From NCBI GenBank assembly GCA_020437905.1, contig JAGQVN010000156.1, forward strand, positions 1 to 52,611: a stretch of 52,611 bases of DNA. The letters run 5' to 3'. The number at the start of each line of letters is the position of its first letter. Within the stretch, counting starts at the first letter, position 1. The stretch is from Flavobacteriales bacterium. GTDB lineage: Bacteria; Bacteroidota; Bacteroidia; Flavobacteriales_F; PHOS-HE28. This document shows positions 44,112-52,611 of the stretch, in pieces. Both the position numbers and the translations under genes were made by a program. The notes beneath the pieces were generated by a model. The model was not told the DNA's origin. It saw nothing but the letters and a program-made list of their open reading frames with translations, and did no database searches.

Positions 44112-45896
44112 ATGACCGATATCATCCGCCTTCTCCCCGACCATGTGGCCAACCAGATCGCCGCAGGCGAGGTGGTGCAACGGCCTGCCTCCGTGGTAAA
44201 GGAATTGCTGGAGAACAGCGTGGACGCGGGTGCGACGGAGATCACCCTTGTCCTCAAGGAGGCTGGCAGGAACCTGGTCCAGGTGACCGACAACGGACGA
44301 GGCATGGGCCATACGGATGCCAGGACCTGTTTTGAACGGCATGCCACCAGCAAGATCGGTGCGGCCGAGGATCTGCTGCACATTACCACGAAGGGATTCA
44401 GAGGCGAAGCACTGGCGAGCATCGCAGCAGTGGCACAGGTCGATCTTCGTTCCCGTTCGGCTAACGCGGAACTGGGTACGCGCGTGGTGGTCGAGGGTAG
44501 CCGAACCCGCATCCACGAGGCGGTCGTCACCCCAGTCGGCACCAGCATCGCTGTCAAGGGTCTCTTCTTCAACATTCCCGCGCGCAGACAATTCCTCAAG
44601 AGCGATGCGGTGGAATTGAAGCATGCACTGGAGGAGTTCCAACGTGTGGCACTGGCCCATCCGGAGATCGGGTTCCATGTGGTCAGCGGCACGAGCGACG
44701 TGGTCCGGACCGGCCCGGAGAACGAACGTCAACGCATCGTGCATCTCTTCGGACGGAAATACGATGAGCGGTTGGTGCCAGTGGAAGAAGCCACGGAGCA
44801 ATTGAGCGTGCACGGTTTCATCGGAAAACCGGAGTTCGCCAAACGCTCCCGGGGCGAGCAGTACTTTTTCGTGAACCGGCGATTCATTCGCAGTCCGTAC
44901 CTGGACCATGCGGTCCGCAATGCATACGACGAGCTGATCGCGCGTGACAACTATCCATCCTGGTTCCTTTTCCTCGAGGTCGACCCCGCCTCGATCGACA
45001 TCAACATCCATCCCACGAAGACGGAGATCAAGTTCAAGGACGAGCGTTCGATCTACGCCATTGTGCATGCTGCGGTCCGGCGTGCTTTGGGCCGTTTCAA
45101 CATCGCCCCCAGCCTGGACTTCGAACCGGAGCCGGCATTGCTGGCTCCCGTCGGTCCGTCCAGTGCAGGTGCCGTCCCATGGAGGCCGCAGGACATCGGA
45201 ACCCGACAGGTCCCGACCGGTTGGCAGATGCTGTTCGATACGGACCGGACCTCCGGACCGGATGTGGGAGCGATCGAGCCCACAAGGACCAAGGTGCTTC
45301 CTTCAAGGGACCTGTCCGTCGATCCGGGACCGAGGCCTGTTTTTCAACTTCACGGTAAGTACATCGTTTCACAGCTCCCCACCGGCTTCGTGGTCATCGA
45401 CCGACGCAGGGCCTCGGAACGGATCGCTTATGAACATGCCCTGAAGGCACTTGAGCTTGGAAGGGGTCCGAGCCAGACACAGTTGTTCCCCAGGAACGTG
45501 GAACTCAACGCCACCGATCATGCATTGCTGGTGGGTATGTTGCCGGAACTCCGATCGATGGGACTGGAGATCGCTGAGTTCGGGGGGCGCACGGTCTCCG
45601 TATCAGGGCTTCCCGCCGAGGTGGCTTCCACCGATCCCGAGGCCCTTCTGCATGATCTGCTTGAACAATTGCAACAGGAGCGGGCGGCACTGAAGAACGA
45701 GCGACACGCTGCATTGGCCAGGAGCATGGCACGCAGTATCGCCGGACGGGACGACGGTCATCTTGAAGCCACACGCATGCACGATCTGATCGATCGTTTG
45801 TTCGCCTGCGAGATGCCCTATTACACCCCAGGTGGCAAGCCTACGCTGATCACCTTCGGATTGGATGAGTTGCATCAACGTTTCGAGCGAGGATGA
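44112..45896 (+). CDS. mutL: DNA mismatch repair protein MutL
   Basis: GHKL ATPase N-terminus (IAAGEVVQRPASVVKELLENSVDAGA, DNGRGM, GFRGEALASI) and a C-terminal dimerisation domain. Confidence 0.95.
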   Translation: MTDIIRLLPDHVANQIAAGEVVQRPASVVKELLENSVDAGATEITLVLKEAGRNLVQVTDNGRGMGHTDARTCFERHATSKIGAAEDLLHITTKGFRGEALASIAAVAQVDLRSRSANAELGTRVVVEGSRTRIHEAVVTPVGTSIAVKGLFFNIPARRQFLKSDAVELKHALEEFQRVALAHPEIGFHVVSGTSDVVRTGPENERQRIVHLFGRKYDERLVPVEEATEQLSVHGFIGKPEFAKRSRGEQYFFVNRRFIRSPYLDHAVRNAYDELIARDNYPSWFLFLEVDPASIDINIHPTKTEIKFKDERSIYAIVHAAVRRALGRFNIAPSLDFEPEPALLAPVGPSSAGAVPWRPQDIGTRQVPTGWQMLFDTDRTSGPDVGAIEPTRTKVLPSRDLSVDPGPRPVFQLHGKYIVSQLPTGFVVIDRRRASERIAYEHALKALELGRGPSQTQLFPRNVELNATDHALLVGMLPELRSMGLEIAEFGGRTVSVSGLPAEVASTDPEALLHDLLEQLQQERAALKNERHAALARSMARSIAGRDDGHLEATRMHDLIDRLFACEMPYYTPGGKPTLITFGLDELHQRFERG

Positions 45897-46684
45897 ACGG
45901 ACTTGGAAGCGCTTGGGGGGGCATGCTTCCTCCCGTTGTGAAGAACCTCTTGATCCTGAACGGGCTTTTCTTCCTGGCGAAATTCAGTTTCGGCACGGAT
46001 GAGCTCGGCCGGAACCTGCTGGATGCCAATCTGGGCATGTATTACCTGGGTTCTCCGCATTTCAGGCCCTGGCAGATCATCACGCACATGTTCATGCACG
46101 GCGGGCTCGGACACATTTTCACCAACATGTTCGGTCTTTTCATGTTCGGTGGACCGATCGAGCAGCGCTGGGGCTCCAAACGTTTTCTGACGTACTACCT
46201 GATCTGCGGTCTGGGTGCCGCCGCGCTTCACACAGGTGTGAACGCCTTCGAGGTGATGCAGCATGAAGCGGCTGTGACCTCCTACGGTGCCGACCTCTCC
46301 GAAGTGAAGGACGCCGCCTCGGCCATGACCCTGAGCGAGGCGGACAGGATCCTGAACGAGGTGTCATTGGACCATCGCGTTCCGGAACGGGACCTGGTCC
46401 AACTGTATTACGACTATCAGGGCACCATGATCGGTGCCAGTGGCGCCGTGTTCGGGATCCTTCTGGCCTTTGGCATGATGTTCCCGAACCAGGAGATCCT
46501 GATGCTGTTCTTCCCCGTTCCGATCAAGGCCAAGTACTTCGTCGCGCTTTACGGGATCTTGGAACTGGTCATGGGGGTCCGCCAGGGTGAGGGGGACAAC
46601 ATCGCCCATTTTGCCCATGTGGGCGGCATGCTCTTCGGATTCCTGCTCATCCGATATTGGAAGCGTCATACACCCTTTCTTTGA
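45893..46684 (+). CDS. rhomboid-family intramembrane serine protease (copy 1)
   Basis: HGGLGHIFTNM, the catalytic GASGAVFG and a downstream AHVGG histidine. ATGA overlap with the mutL stop. Confidence 0.85.
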   Translation: MNGLGSAWGGMLPPVVKNLLILNGLFFLAKFSFGTDELGRNLLDANLGMYYLGSPHFRPWQIITHMFMHGGLGHIFTNMFGLFMFGGPIEQRWGSKRFLTYYLICGLGAAALHTGVNAFEVMQHEAAVTSYGADLSEVKDAASAMTLSEADRILNEVSLDHRVPERDLVQLYYDYQGTMIGASGAVFGILLAFGMMFPNQEILMLFFPVPIKAKYFVALYGILELVMGVRQGEGDNIAHFAHVGGMLFGFLLIRYWKRHTPFL

Positions 46685-46756
46685 GGTGGCCATCCGGGCA
46701 TGACGTTTGCAGCATCATGTGGTGCGTACTTCTACCGGCGTTGATCGAGAACGGAC

Positions 46757-47641
46757 ATGGGATTGCGTGAGGACATTCAAGTGCAATGGCGCACTGGCGG
46801 CATGTTGGTTCGCCTTATCCTCGTGAACGTTGGCGTGTTCCTGGGGCTTCACCTGATCGGGCTGGTGCTTTGGCTTTTCGGTCTCGGGAATGTGGACGTG
46901 CTGTACTGGTTGAAGAGCACCAGCGACCTTTCCAAGTTGATCCAACGGCCATGGAGCGTGGTCACCTACATGTTCCTGCACGAAGGCCTGCTGCATATCC
47001 TGTTCAACATGATCGTGCTGTGGTTCGCAGGGCGGATCTTCCAGGACCTGCTTGGTCCCAAGCGACTGCTGGGGAACTACCTGCTCGGCGGATTGTTCGG
47101 TCTGGCCCTGTACATCATCAGCTACAATTCCTTTCCGGTGTTCCAGCGCTACGCGGAGGGGAGCACCATTCTTGGTGCAAGTGCGGCCGTGATGGGGGTG
47201 TTCATCGGCATTGCGGCGTACCGGCCCGAGCTCGTGGTACACCTCATCCTGCTGGGTCCGGTCCGGTTGAAGTACATCGCGCTCATCTATGTGATCATCG
47301 ACCTCGTCAGCGTCAGGCAGGGCGTCAACAGCGGCGGGCACATTGCCCATCTGGGAGGGGCCCTTTACGGCTTCCTGGCCGCGCAGCAATTGCGGAAGGG
47401 AAGGGATTGGTCCCTGGGACTTGTCAACGGCTTGGAACAAGGGCTTGACCTGGCCCGAGGCAGGCGGTCCGGAAGGATGAAAGTGACCCATCGGGGCAGC
47501 CGAACAAAGCCCAAGGTCCCGACCAGGGAAAAGGACCAGGACCGTGTCGATCGGATCTTGGACAAGATCAGCAAGAGCGGGTACGACAGTCTCAGCAAGG
47601 AGGAGAAGGATATCCTTTTCCGTGCAAGCCATGAAGGATGA
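46757..47641 (+). CDS. rhomboid-family intramembrane serine protease (copy 2, with basic C-terminal tail)
   Basis: HEGLLHILFNM, GASAAVMG and AHLGG. The C-terminal ~70 aa are Arg/Lys/Asp-rich and soluble. Confidence 0.85.
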   Translation: MGLREDIQVQWRTGGMLVRLILVNVGVFLGLHLIGLVLWLFGLGNVDVLYWLKSTSDLSKLIQRPWSVVTYMFLHEGLLHILFNMIVLWFAGRIFQDLLGPKRLLGNYLLGGLFGLALYIISYNSFPVFQRYAEGSTILGASAAVMGVFIGIAAYRPELVVHLILLGPVRLKYIALIYVIIDLVSVRQGVNSGGHIAHLGGALYGFLAAQQLRKGRDWSLGLVNGLEQGLDLARGRRSGRMKVTHRGSRTKPKVPTREKDQDRVDRILDKISKSGYDSLSKEEKDILFRASHEG

Positions 47642-48770
47642 GCCCGTAGCGCGTATGCGTCCGTCCCGGTGGCATTTACCGGTCTGGTGGGCCAATGGTG
47701 TTCTCGCAGCGCTGCTGCTCCTCAGCTACACCACCGCCCATGTGGACCCCGCGATGTTCTGGCCAGCCGCCCTGTTCGGCATGCTGTACCCATACCTGCT
47801 TGTCGTACACGTCTTGTTCACCGGGTATTGGGCCGTGTTCCGCCCGAAGCGTTCGTTGCTTTCCTTGACGGCCATACTGATCGGTTGGGGTCATATCGGC
47901 GATCATTTCCAGCTGTTCGGGAGGAGCGTTCCACCGGAGGAGGTGTCTGGGCCCGGGGTCCGGATCATGTCGTTCAATGTGCGCTTGTTCGATCTGTACA
48001 ACTGGACGAGCAATGATCGGACACGGAACGAGATCCTCGACCTGATGGTGTTCGAGAATGCGGACGTGATGTGCCTCCAGGAGTTCTTCCTTTCGGAGGA
48101 CCCCGGGTTCTTCAACACGAAGGACACGTTGTTGAAGAGCTTCCGCTGGTCGCAATGCCACGACGCCTATACGCAACGTACCAAACGAGGACACCACTTC
48201 GGGATCGCCACCATCAGCGCCTTTCCGATCATCGACCAGGGTCGTATTGAGTTCCCCGATGAACTGAACAACCTGTGCATCTGGAGCGACATCGCCACCT
48301 CCAGCGACACGTTCCGAGTGTACAATGCCCACCTTGCCAGTATCCGTTTCGGTGACGAGGACTACCGGTTCATGGAGGGATTGGACAGGGATACCCGGGG
48401 TGATTCGCTTCGCAGCGGTGGGACAAGGATCATGAAGCGGCTTCGTGATGCGTTCATCCGACGCGCAGAGGAGGTACGCACCATCCGTGAACACATGACA
48501 TCCTGCCCGTTCCCGGTGATCTACTGTGGCGACCTGAACGACACACCGATGAGCTACAGCTATCATGTGCTCACCGAGCAATTGAGCGATGCTTTCGTGG
48601 AAAGCGGTCAGGGGCTTGGAACTACGTATATCGGTGCGTTCCCCAGTTTTCGGATCGACCACATCCTTCACGGCCCCGAGCTCGTCAGCTGGGGGTTCAA
48701 GTCCCTTCCGGATGTGCTTAGCGACCACCACCCGGTGATCACCGGGATCGGTCGAACCGATGATCCCTGA
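47631..48770 (+). CDS. membrane-anchored endonuclease/exonuclease/phosphatase (EEP) family protein
   Basis: The ATG at 47631 overlaps the rhomboid end by 11 nt. Three or four N-terminal TM helices, then EEP blocks MSFNVR, LQE and a C-terminal SDHHPV. Confidence 0.8.
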   Translation: MKDEPVARMRPSRWHLPVWWANGVLAALLLLSYTTAHVDPAMFWPAALFGMLYPYLLVVHVLFTGYWAVFRPKRSLLSLTAILIGWGHIGDHFQLFGRSVPPEEVSGPGVRIMSFNVRLFDLYNWTSNDRTRNEILDLMVFENADVMCLQEFFLSEDPGFFNTKDTLLKSFRWSQCHDAYTQRTKRGHHFGIATISAFPIIDQGRIEFPDELNNLCIWSDIATSSDTFRVYNAHLASIRFGDEDYRFMEGLDRDTRGDSLRSGGTRIMKRLRDAFIRRAEEVRTIREHMTSCPFPVIYCGDLNDTPMSYSYHVLTEQLSDAFVESGQGLGTTYIGAFPSFRIDHILHGPELVSWGFKSLPDVLSDHHPVITGIGRTDDP

Positions 48771-48785
48771 TGGATCGCACCCGGT

Positions 48786-50417
48786 TCATCGGATAGGCTG
48801 TCCCTTGCGCACCCGACGAAGGTCCAGCTGGTTCATCGGGTCGGCCACCAGTCCGCTTACTTCCTTGCGCACAAAGCGAACAACTTCCGGGTGGAGCAGG
48901 AAAACGGCCGGTACCAGCTCGTTCAACAAGCTGTCCATGGCCGCATAGGTGGCGGTCCGCTCCGGTTCGTCCCCGGCGATCATCGCCTGCCCGTACAGGT
49001 CGTCGAATTCCCGCGATCGGGTCCGGGTGTAGTTCGGTCCCAAAGGTGCGCAGTTCGCAGAATGGAACAGGAGCAGGAAATTCTCCGCGTCCGGATAATC
49101 CGCGATCCAATTCTTCCGGAAGAACTCGAACTCACCATTGGCCACCCCTTCCTTGTGGGTGCTGAGCGGGACCACATCCACCTGCAGGTCGATACCTATC
49201 CGACCCAGCTGGTGTTGGACGTACTCGCACAGGTCCAGGTAGCTCGCCGTGGTGGTGAGCCTGAGGATCGGCAGCCCCCGCCCGTTCGGATATCCAGCCT
49301 CGGCAAGCAATTGCCGGGCCTGCTCCGGATCGAATGGCAGCGTTCGAGCGGAGGACCCCGGCAGCCCCGGGGGGATCACCCCTGCAGCGGGAGTACCTAT
49401 CCCATGGAGTACGTAGCGCACCAGTCCGTCACGATCGATGGCCATTGAAATGGCTTTCCGGATACGTCGATCTAGCCAGACCAGATCTCCTCCTGACGGG
49501 CCATGCGGCTCCATGAGGAAGCCCAGATAGTCCGTGGCCAGGGCAGGCGCACGCACCTGGGCGATCCGATCGGCATGACGCGGAGCGACATTTCCCAGTG
49601 GGTCGAGGAGCTCCTGCACAGCACCGCCATCAGCACCACTGATCATGTCCAGCTCGCCTTTCAGCAGGCCGAGAAGTTCCGCGTTGGGGTCCTTGATGAA
49701 ACTGATCGCCAGAGCATCCAGGTGCGGCAGGCTGTTCCCTGCATCATCGCGCTGATAATAGCGCCCATTGCGCTGCAACACCAGCTTCACGCCTTCCTTC
49801 CAGTGGAACAGTCGGAACGGGCCACAGCCAACGGGGTTCCTACGCCATTTCGGACCGTAATGGGCAATCGCCTCCTCAGGCACCACGTTGCAATACGCCA
49901 TGGCCAGCATGCTCAGGAAGGGTGCGAAGGGACGCTCCAATCGGATGATCAGCGTGCGGTCATCGACCACCTCGATACCCGATCCACCCGGGCGGATCGG
50001 GTCAAGGACCCAGCGCCCCGGACTGGCCGTGATCGGGTCGCGGATACGCTCCAGGCTGTAGCGCACATCCGATGCACGAACGATGCGGCCGCGGCCTTCC
50101 GGAAAGACGGGATCATCATGGAACAGCACATCCTGGCGGAGATGGAACGTATACGTGCGACCGCTATCCGAAACCTGCCACCGCTCCGCTACCGCGGGTC
50201 GGACACGCATGTCCGGACCCATTTCCACGAGGCCATCGAACAATTGGTCCACCACCCACATATGTTCCAGGTTGCGCGCAAATGCCGGATCGAGATCGGT
50301 GATCCCTTCCGCCTCATTGTACCTGAACACGGACCTGTCGTCCATCTCGTCCGGACGCCCACAGCCCGTGATCCATGACATACCCAAAAGAAGAGCCAGG
50401 CAGGCTGTGGTCCTCAT
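48786..50417 (-). CDS. ABC transporter substrate-binding protein, family 5 (peptide/nickel type), lipoprotein
   Basis: Lipobox SWITGCG. Typical cluster-C SBP length and blocks (…ITDLDPAFARN…, WKEGVKLVLQRN…, IADYPDAENFL). Confidence 0.85.
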   Translation of the reverse strand: MRTTACLALLLGMSWITGCGRPDEMDDRSVFRYNEAEGITDLDPAFARNLEHMWVVDQLFDGLVEMGPDMRVRPAVAERWQVSDSGRTYTFHLRQDVLFHDDPVFPEGRGRIVRASDVRYSLERIRDPITASPGRWVLDPIRPGGSGIEVVDDRTLIIRLERPFAPFLSMLAMAYCNVVPEEAIAHYGPKWRRNPVGCGPFRLFHWKEGVKLVLQRNGRYYQRDDAGNSLPHLDALAISFIKDPNAELLGLLKGELDMISGADGGAVQELLDPLGNVAPRHADRIAQVRAPALATDYLGFLMEPHGPSGGDLVWLDRRIRKAISMAIDRDGLVRYVLHGIGTPAAGVIPPGLPGSSARTLPFDPEQARQLLAEAGYPNGRGLPILRLTTTASYLDLCEYVQHQLGRIGIDLQVDVVPLSTHKEGVANGEFEFFRKNWIADYPDAENFLLLFHSANCAPLGPNYTRTRSREFDDLYGQAMIAGDEPERTATYAAMDSLLNELVPAVFLLHPEVVRFVRKEVSGLVADPMNQLDLRRVRKGQPIR

Positions 50418-51292
50418 GGGTCCTTTCGAGGTCTTCCAAGGACCGGCCTGACCATCCAGCCTCGTTCGCGCAGCATCTCCATCAGTCCGTCCTTCCCAGG
50501 AAGATGCGCTGCACCCACCGCGAAGAACATGGGACGTCCGGTATGCATGAGGCTGTCCATGCGATGGGCCATCGTTCGGTTCCGCTCGACCCGCATAGCC
50601 CGGTCCCGGCGTCCGGGTACCCCTTCCGCGTCGGCAGCTTCCATCACGCCGCGAAGGTCCTGTGCCGCGTACGAATCCAGCATCCGGTCCATGGCGGATC
50701 GGTACAGATCGTGCCTGACCATATCAAGCAACATCCGGGCCTGTTGCTTCAGCGGTATCCGATCGATCGCGGCCAACTGCTCCTGCAAGGTCTCCAATCC
50801 CAGCACCTCCTTCCCCATGGCCAGCGCGCTTCGCTGAAGATGGTCGTCCAGGACCTCGGAACTATCCTTCCGCATGCTGCTTTCGCTCAGCATGGCGATC
50901 ACCCAGAAGGGTTTCATGCGAGAGGTCATCGATGACAGGGGCCCCAGCTCGTGTTCGAGCGCACGTTGGACCAGGGCCTGGTCCTTCCTGGAGAACAGGT
51001 CCGCCAAAGTGAGCCCCTCGGGAAGCGTCATCTCCGTTGCCAGCCGAAATGCATCAGCCATTACCTCGCGATGATCAAGCTCCCCGACCAGTGTGGAGCA
51101 GGCCGACAGGGCCATGTAGAGGGAATCATTGCCCACGAATGCTCTGGCATCCATACTGTGCACCGTACCGAGCAGGTAGGAATTGGATCCCAGCCCCTGC
51201 CCGCTCAGGCTCCAAAGCATGCTGCTGGGAAGGGCCTGACCATGGGCCATGAGCGCGCTCAGAACAAGACACCCCAGGAGCATGCAGCGCAT
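50414..51292 (-). CDS. TraB/GumN-family protein
   Basis: Signal peptide, then MLWSLSG…SYLLGTVHSMD and C-terminal FFAVGAAHLPG. Its stop overlaps the downstream ATG (ATGA at 50414-50417). Confidence 0.75.
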   Translation of the reverse strand: MRCMLLGCLVLSALMAHGQALPSSMLWSLSGQGLGSNSYLLGTVHSMDARAFVGNDSLYMALSACSTLVGELDHREVMADAFRLATEMTLPEGLTLADLFSRKDQALVQRALEHELGPLSSMTSRMKPFWVIAMLSESSMRKDSSEVLDDHLQRSALAMGKEVLGLETLQEQLAAIDRIPLKQQARMLLDMVRHDLYRSAMDRMLDSYAAQDLRGVMEAADAEGVPGRRDRAMRVERNRTMAHRMDSLMHTGRPMFFAVGAAHLPGKDGLMEMLRERGWMVRPVLGRPRKDP

Positions 51293-51312
51293 GGGGGCAA
51301 GATACCCAAGGA

Positions 51313-51426
51313 CTACAGCACAGCGTAGGCCACCAGAAATGAGGCCAAGGAAAGCAAGGCGCAGATCACCACGCTGGTCAGGATCACCTGTGTGCGAGGG
51401 GCGGGTCGAGCTTTAAGAGTTCCCAT
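51313..51426 (-). CDS. possible 37-aa single-TM mini-protein
   Basis: The internal ATG at 51426 gives MGTLKARPAPRTQVILTSVVICALLSLASFLVAYAVL. This rests only on ORF and hydrophobicity evidence. Confidence 0.2.
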   Translation of the reverse strand: MGTLKARPAPRTQVILTSVVICALLSLASFLVAYAVL

Positions 51427-51554
51427 GATCGTCCGAAGAGCAGCTTTTAGACGCAGCTGTTGGAAAAGGGTTGCCAAGGTAGTTGCTTCGTCCGAGCCTG
51501 AAGCAAGTCCCGGGAGCACGCTCCCCTGAGCGCACTTCCTACCTTCGCAGCCTG

Positions 51555-52611
51555 ATGCGACACACGCGCACTGTTGCCTTTCATACCATGGGGTGCAAGC
51601 TGAATTTCAGCGAGTCGAGCACACTCGCCCGCTCGTTGGAGGAAGCGGGTTATGCCCTTGTGCGACCGGAAGATGGTCCGGATGTGTTCGTCCTGAACAC
51701 GTGCAGCGTCACCGAGAACGCCGACAAGGAATGCAGACGGCTTGTGCGCCGGTTCCATGCCCTGAACCCTTCCGCATGCATTGTCGTGGTGGGGTGTTAC
51801 GCGCAATTGAAACCTGCGGACATCGCTGCCATCCCAGGGGTCGACCTGGTCCTTGGCGCCGGGGAGAAGTTCGACCTGGCAGTCCATCTCAAGGAGCTCG
51901 AAGGCGGTCGAGGGGCCGGGCGAGCCATCCGGGGCCCGATCAAAGCAGTGCGCGATTTCCGACCCAGCTTCAGCGCTGGTGATCGCACAAGGGCCTTCCT
52001 GAAGGTCCAGGACGGCTGCGATTACTTCTGCAGCTTCTGCACGATCCCCTTGGCCCGCGGGCGCAGCAGGAGCGGTTCGATCGGTCCCATCCTGGCCCAG
52101 GCACGGGCGATCGCGGAAAAAGGCATCCGGGAGATCGTCCTCACCGGTGTCAACATCGGGGATTACCGGAACGACGGTGCCGGATTCCTGGATCTCATCA
52201 CCGCATTGGACGGAGTGGATGGCATTTCGCGGTTCCGGATCAGCAGCATCGAGCCGAACCTATGCAGCGATGCCGTCATCCACTTCGTGGCGGAAAGCCG
52301 ACGCTTCGCCCCGCATTTCCATTTGCCGCTGCAAAGTGGCAGCGACGCGCTGTTGCAACGCATGCGGCGGAGATACGACACTTCACTCTACGCCGACCGT
52401 GTGCAGGAGATCAAGCGGTTGATGCCACATGCATGCATAGGGGCCGATGTCATCACGGGAACACCTGGCGAAGGGGAAACCGAATTCGACCAGACCCGGG
52501 CGTTCATTGAGCAGATCCCGGTCGATCACCTGCACGTGTTCACGTACAGCGAACGGACGAACACCACGGCTCAACGGATGAGCGACAGCGTACCCATGGA
52601 AGTGCGACGCT
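51555..52611 (+). CDS. mtaB: radical-SAM methylthiotransferase, MtaB-like (3' end beyond the window)
   Basis: Absent from the ORF track because there is no stop in the window. The ATG at 51555 gives MRHTRTVAFHTMGCKLNFSESSTLARSL…NTCSVTENADKECRR (UPF0004 domain), then the radical-SAM CDYFCSFC encoded from about 52017 in the same frame. Confidence 0.85.
   Translation, partial: MRHTRTVAFHTMGCKLNFSESSTLARSLEEAGYALVRPEDGPDVFVLNTCSVTENADKECRRLVRRFHALNPSACIVVVGCYAQLKPADIAAIPGVDLVLGAGEKFDLAVHLKELEGGRGAGRAIRGPIKAVRDFRPSFSAGDRTRAFLKVQDGCDYFCSFCTIPLARGRSRSGSIGPILAQARAIAEKGIREIVLTGVNIGDYRNDGAGFLDLITALDGVDGISRFRISSIEPNLCSDAVIHFVAESRRFAPHFHLPLQSGSDALLQRMRRRYDTSLYADRVQEIKRLMPHACIGADVITGTPGEGETEFDQTRAFIEQIPVDHLHVFTYSERTNTTAQRMSDSVPMEVRR

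Noticed and set aside
51512-51525. Small hairpin GGGAG-CACG-CTCCC upstream of mtaB.
   Set aside because: A 5-bp stem only, with no U-tract and no recognisable riboswitch or leader context.
1-52611. Search for CRISPR arrays, IS elements, phage genes, toxin-antitoxin pairs and known defence genes.
   Set aside because: I found no regularly spaced direct repeats, no transposase, integrase or recombinase motifs, no small paired ORFs with toxin-antitoxin character and no nuclease/ATPase/STAND-type defence architecture. The WD40 protein has no NTPase domain.

Overview
GC-rich chromosomal segment that looks like Bacteroidota. Supporting evidence: a T9SS C-terminal sorting domain, a TonB-dependent receptor with a CarboxypepD_reg N-terminus, DUF3078- and DUF2490-like outer-membrane proteins, and repeated TAnnTTTG -7 promoter boxes in nearly every spacer that precedes a gene. 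I support about 50 protein genes, two of which run off the window edges and are absent from the ORF track, plus one tRNA-Val(GAC). I found no rRNA, CRISPR array, transposase, integrase or phage genes.

Most of the content is housekeeping: pyrD, HMG-CoA lyase, smpB, glmM, a NifS-type cysteine desulfurase, rny, zapA, mutL and mtaB. It also includes envelope functions, a DtxR/MntR-ZIP-TonB metal module and several transporters. Genes are packed very tightly, with many ATGA or TGATG stop/start overlaps and convergent pairs 0-15 nt apart. The many long antisense ORFs in the track are GC-driven shadows.

Loci I consider most worth follow-up:
1. A five-gene overlapped operon at 33895-39831. It couples a CarboxypepD_reg protein and a 748-aa secreted repeat/aromatic-Gly-Pro-rich protein to a MacAB-type adaptor/permease/ATPase with no outer-membrane partner.
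2. A co-directional cluster at 10788-14853: a C-terminal-CxxCH helical protein, an ECF sigma, an overlapping 70-aa mini-protein, two MscS-like channels and a DUF3078 barrel.
3. An unassignable 489-aa protein coupled to a stand-alone WD40 protein at 21185-23571, followed by a methyltransferase-like/sulfotransferase-like pair.
4. A TPR-ComA-rhodanese unit at 18572-21113.

All functional calls come from motif and family recognition by eye. No database search was run.
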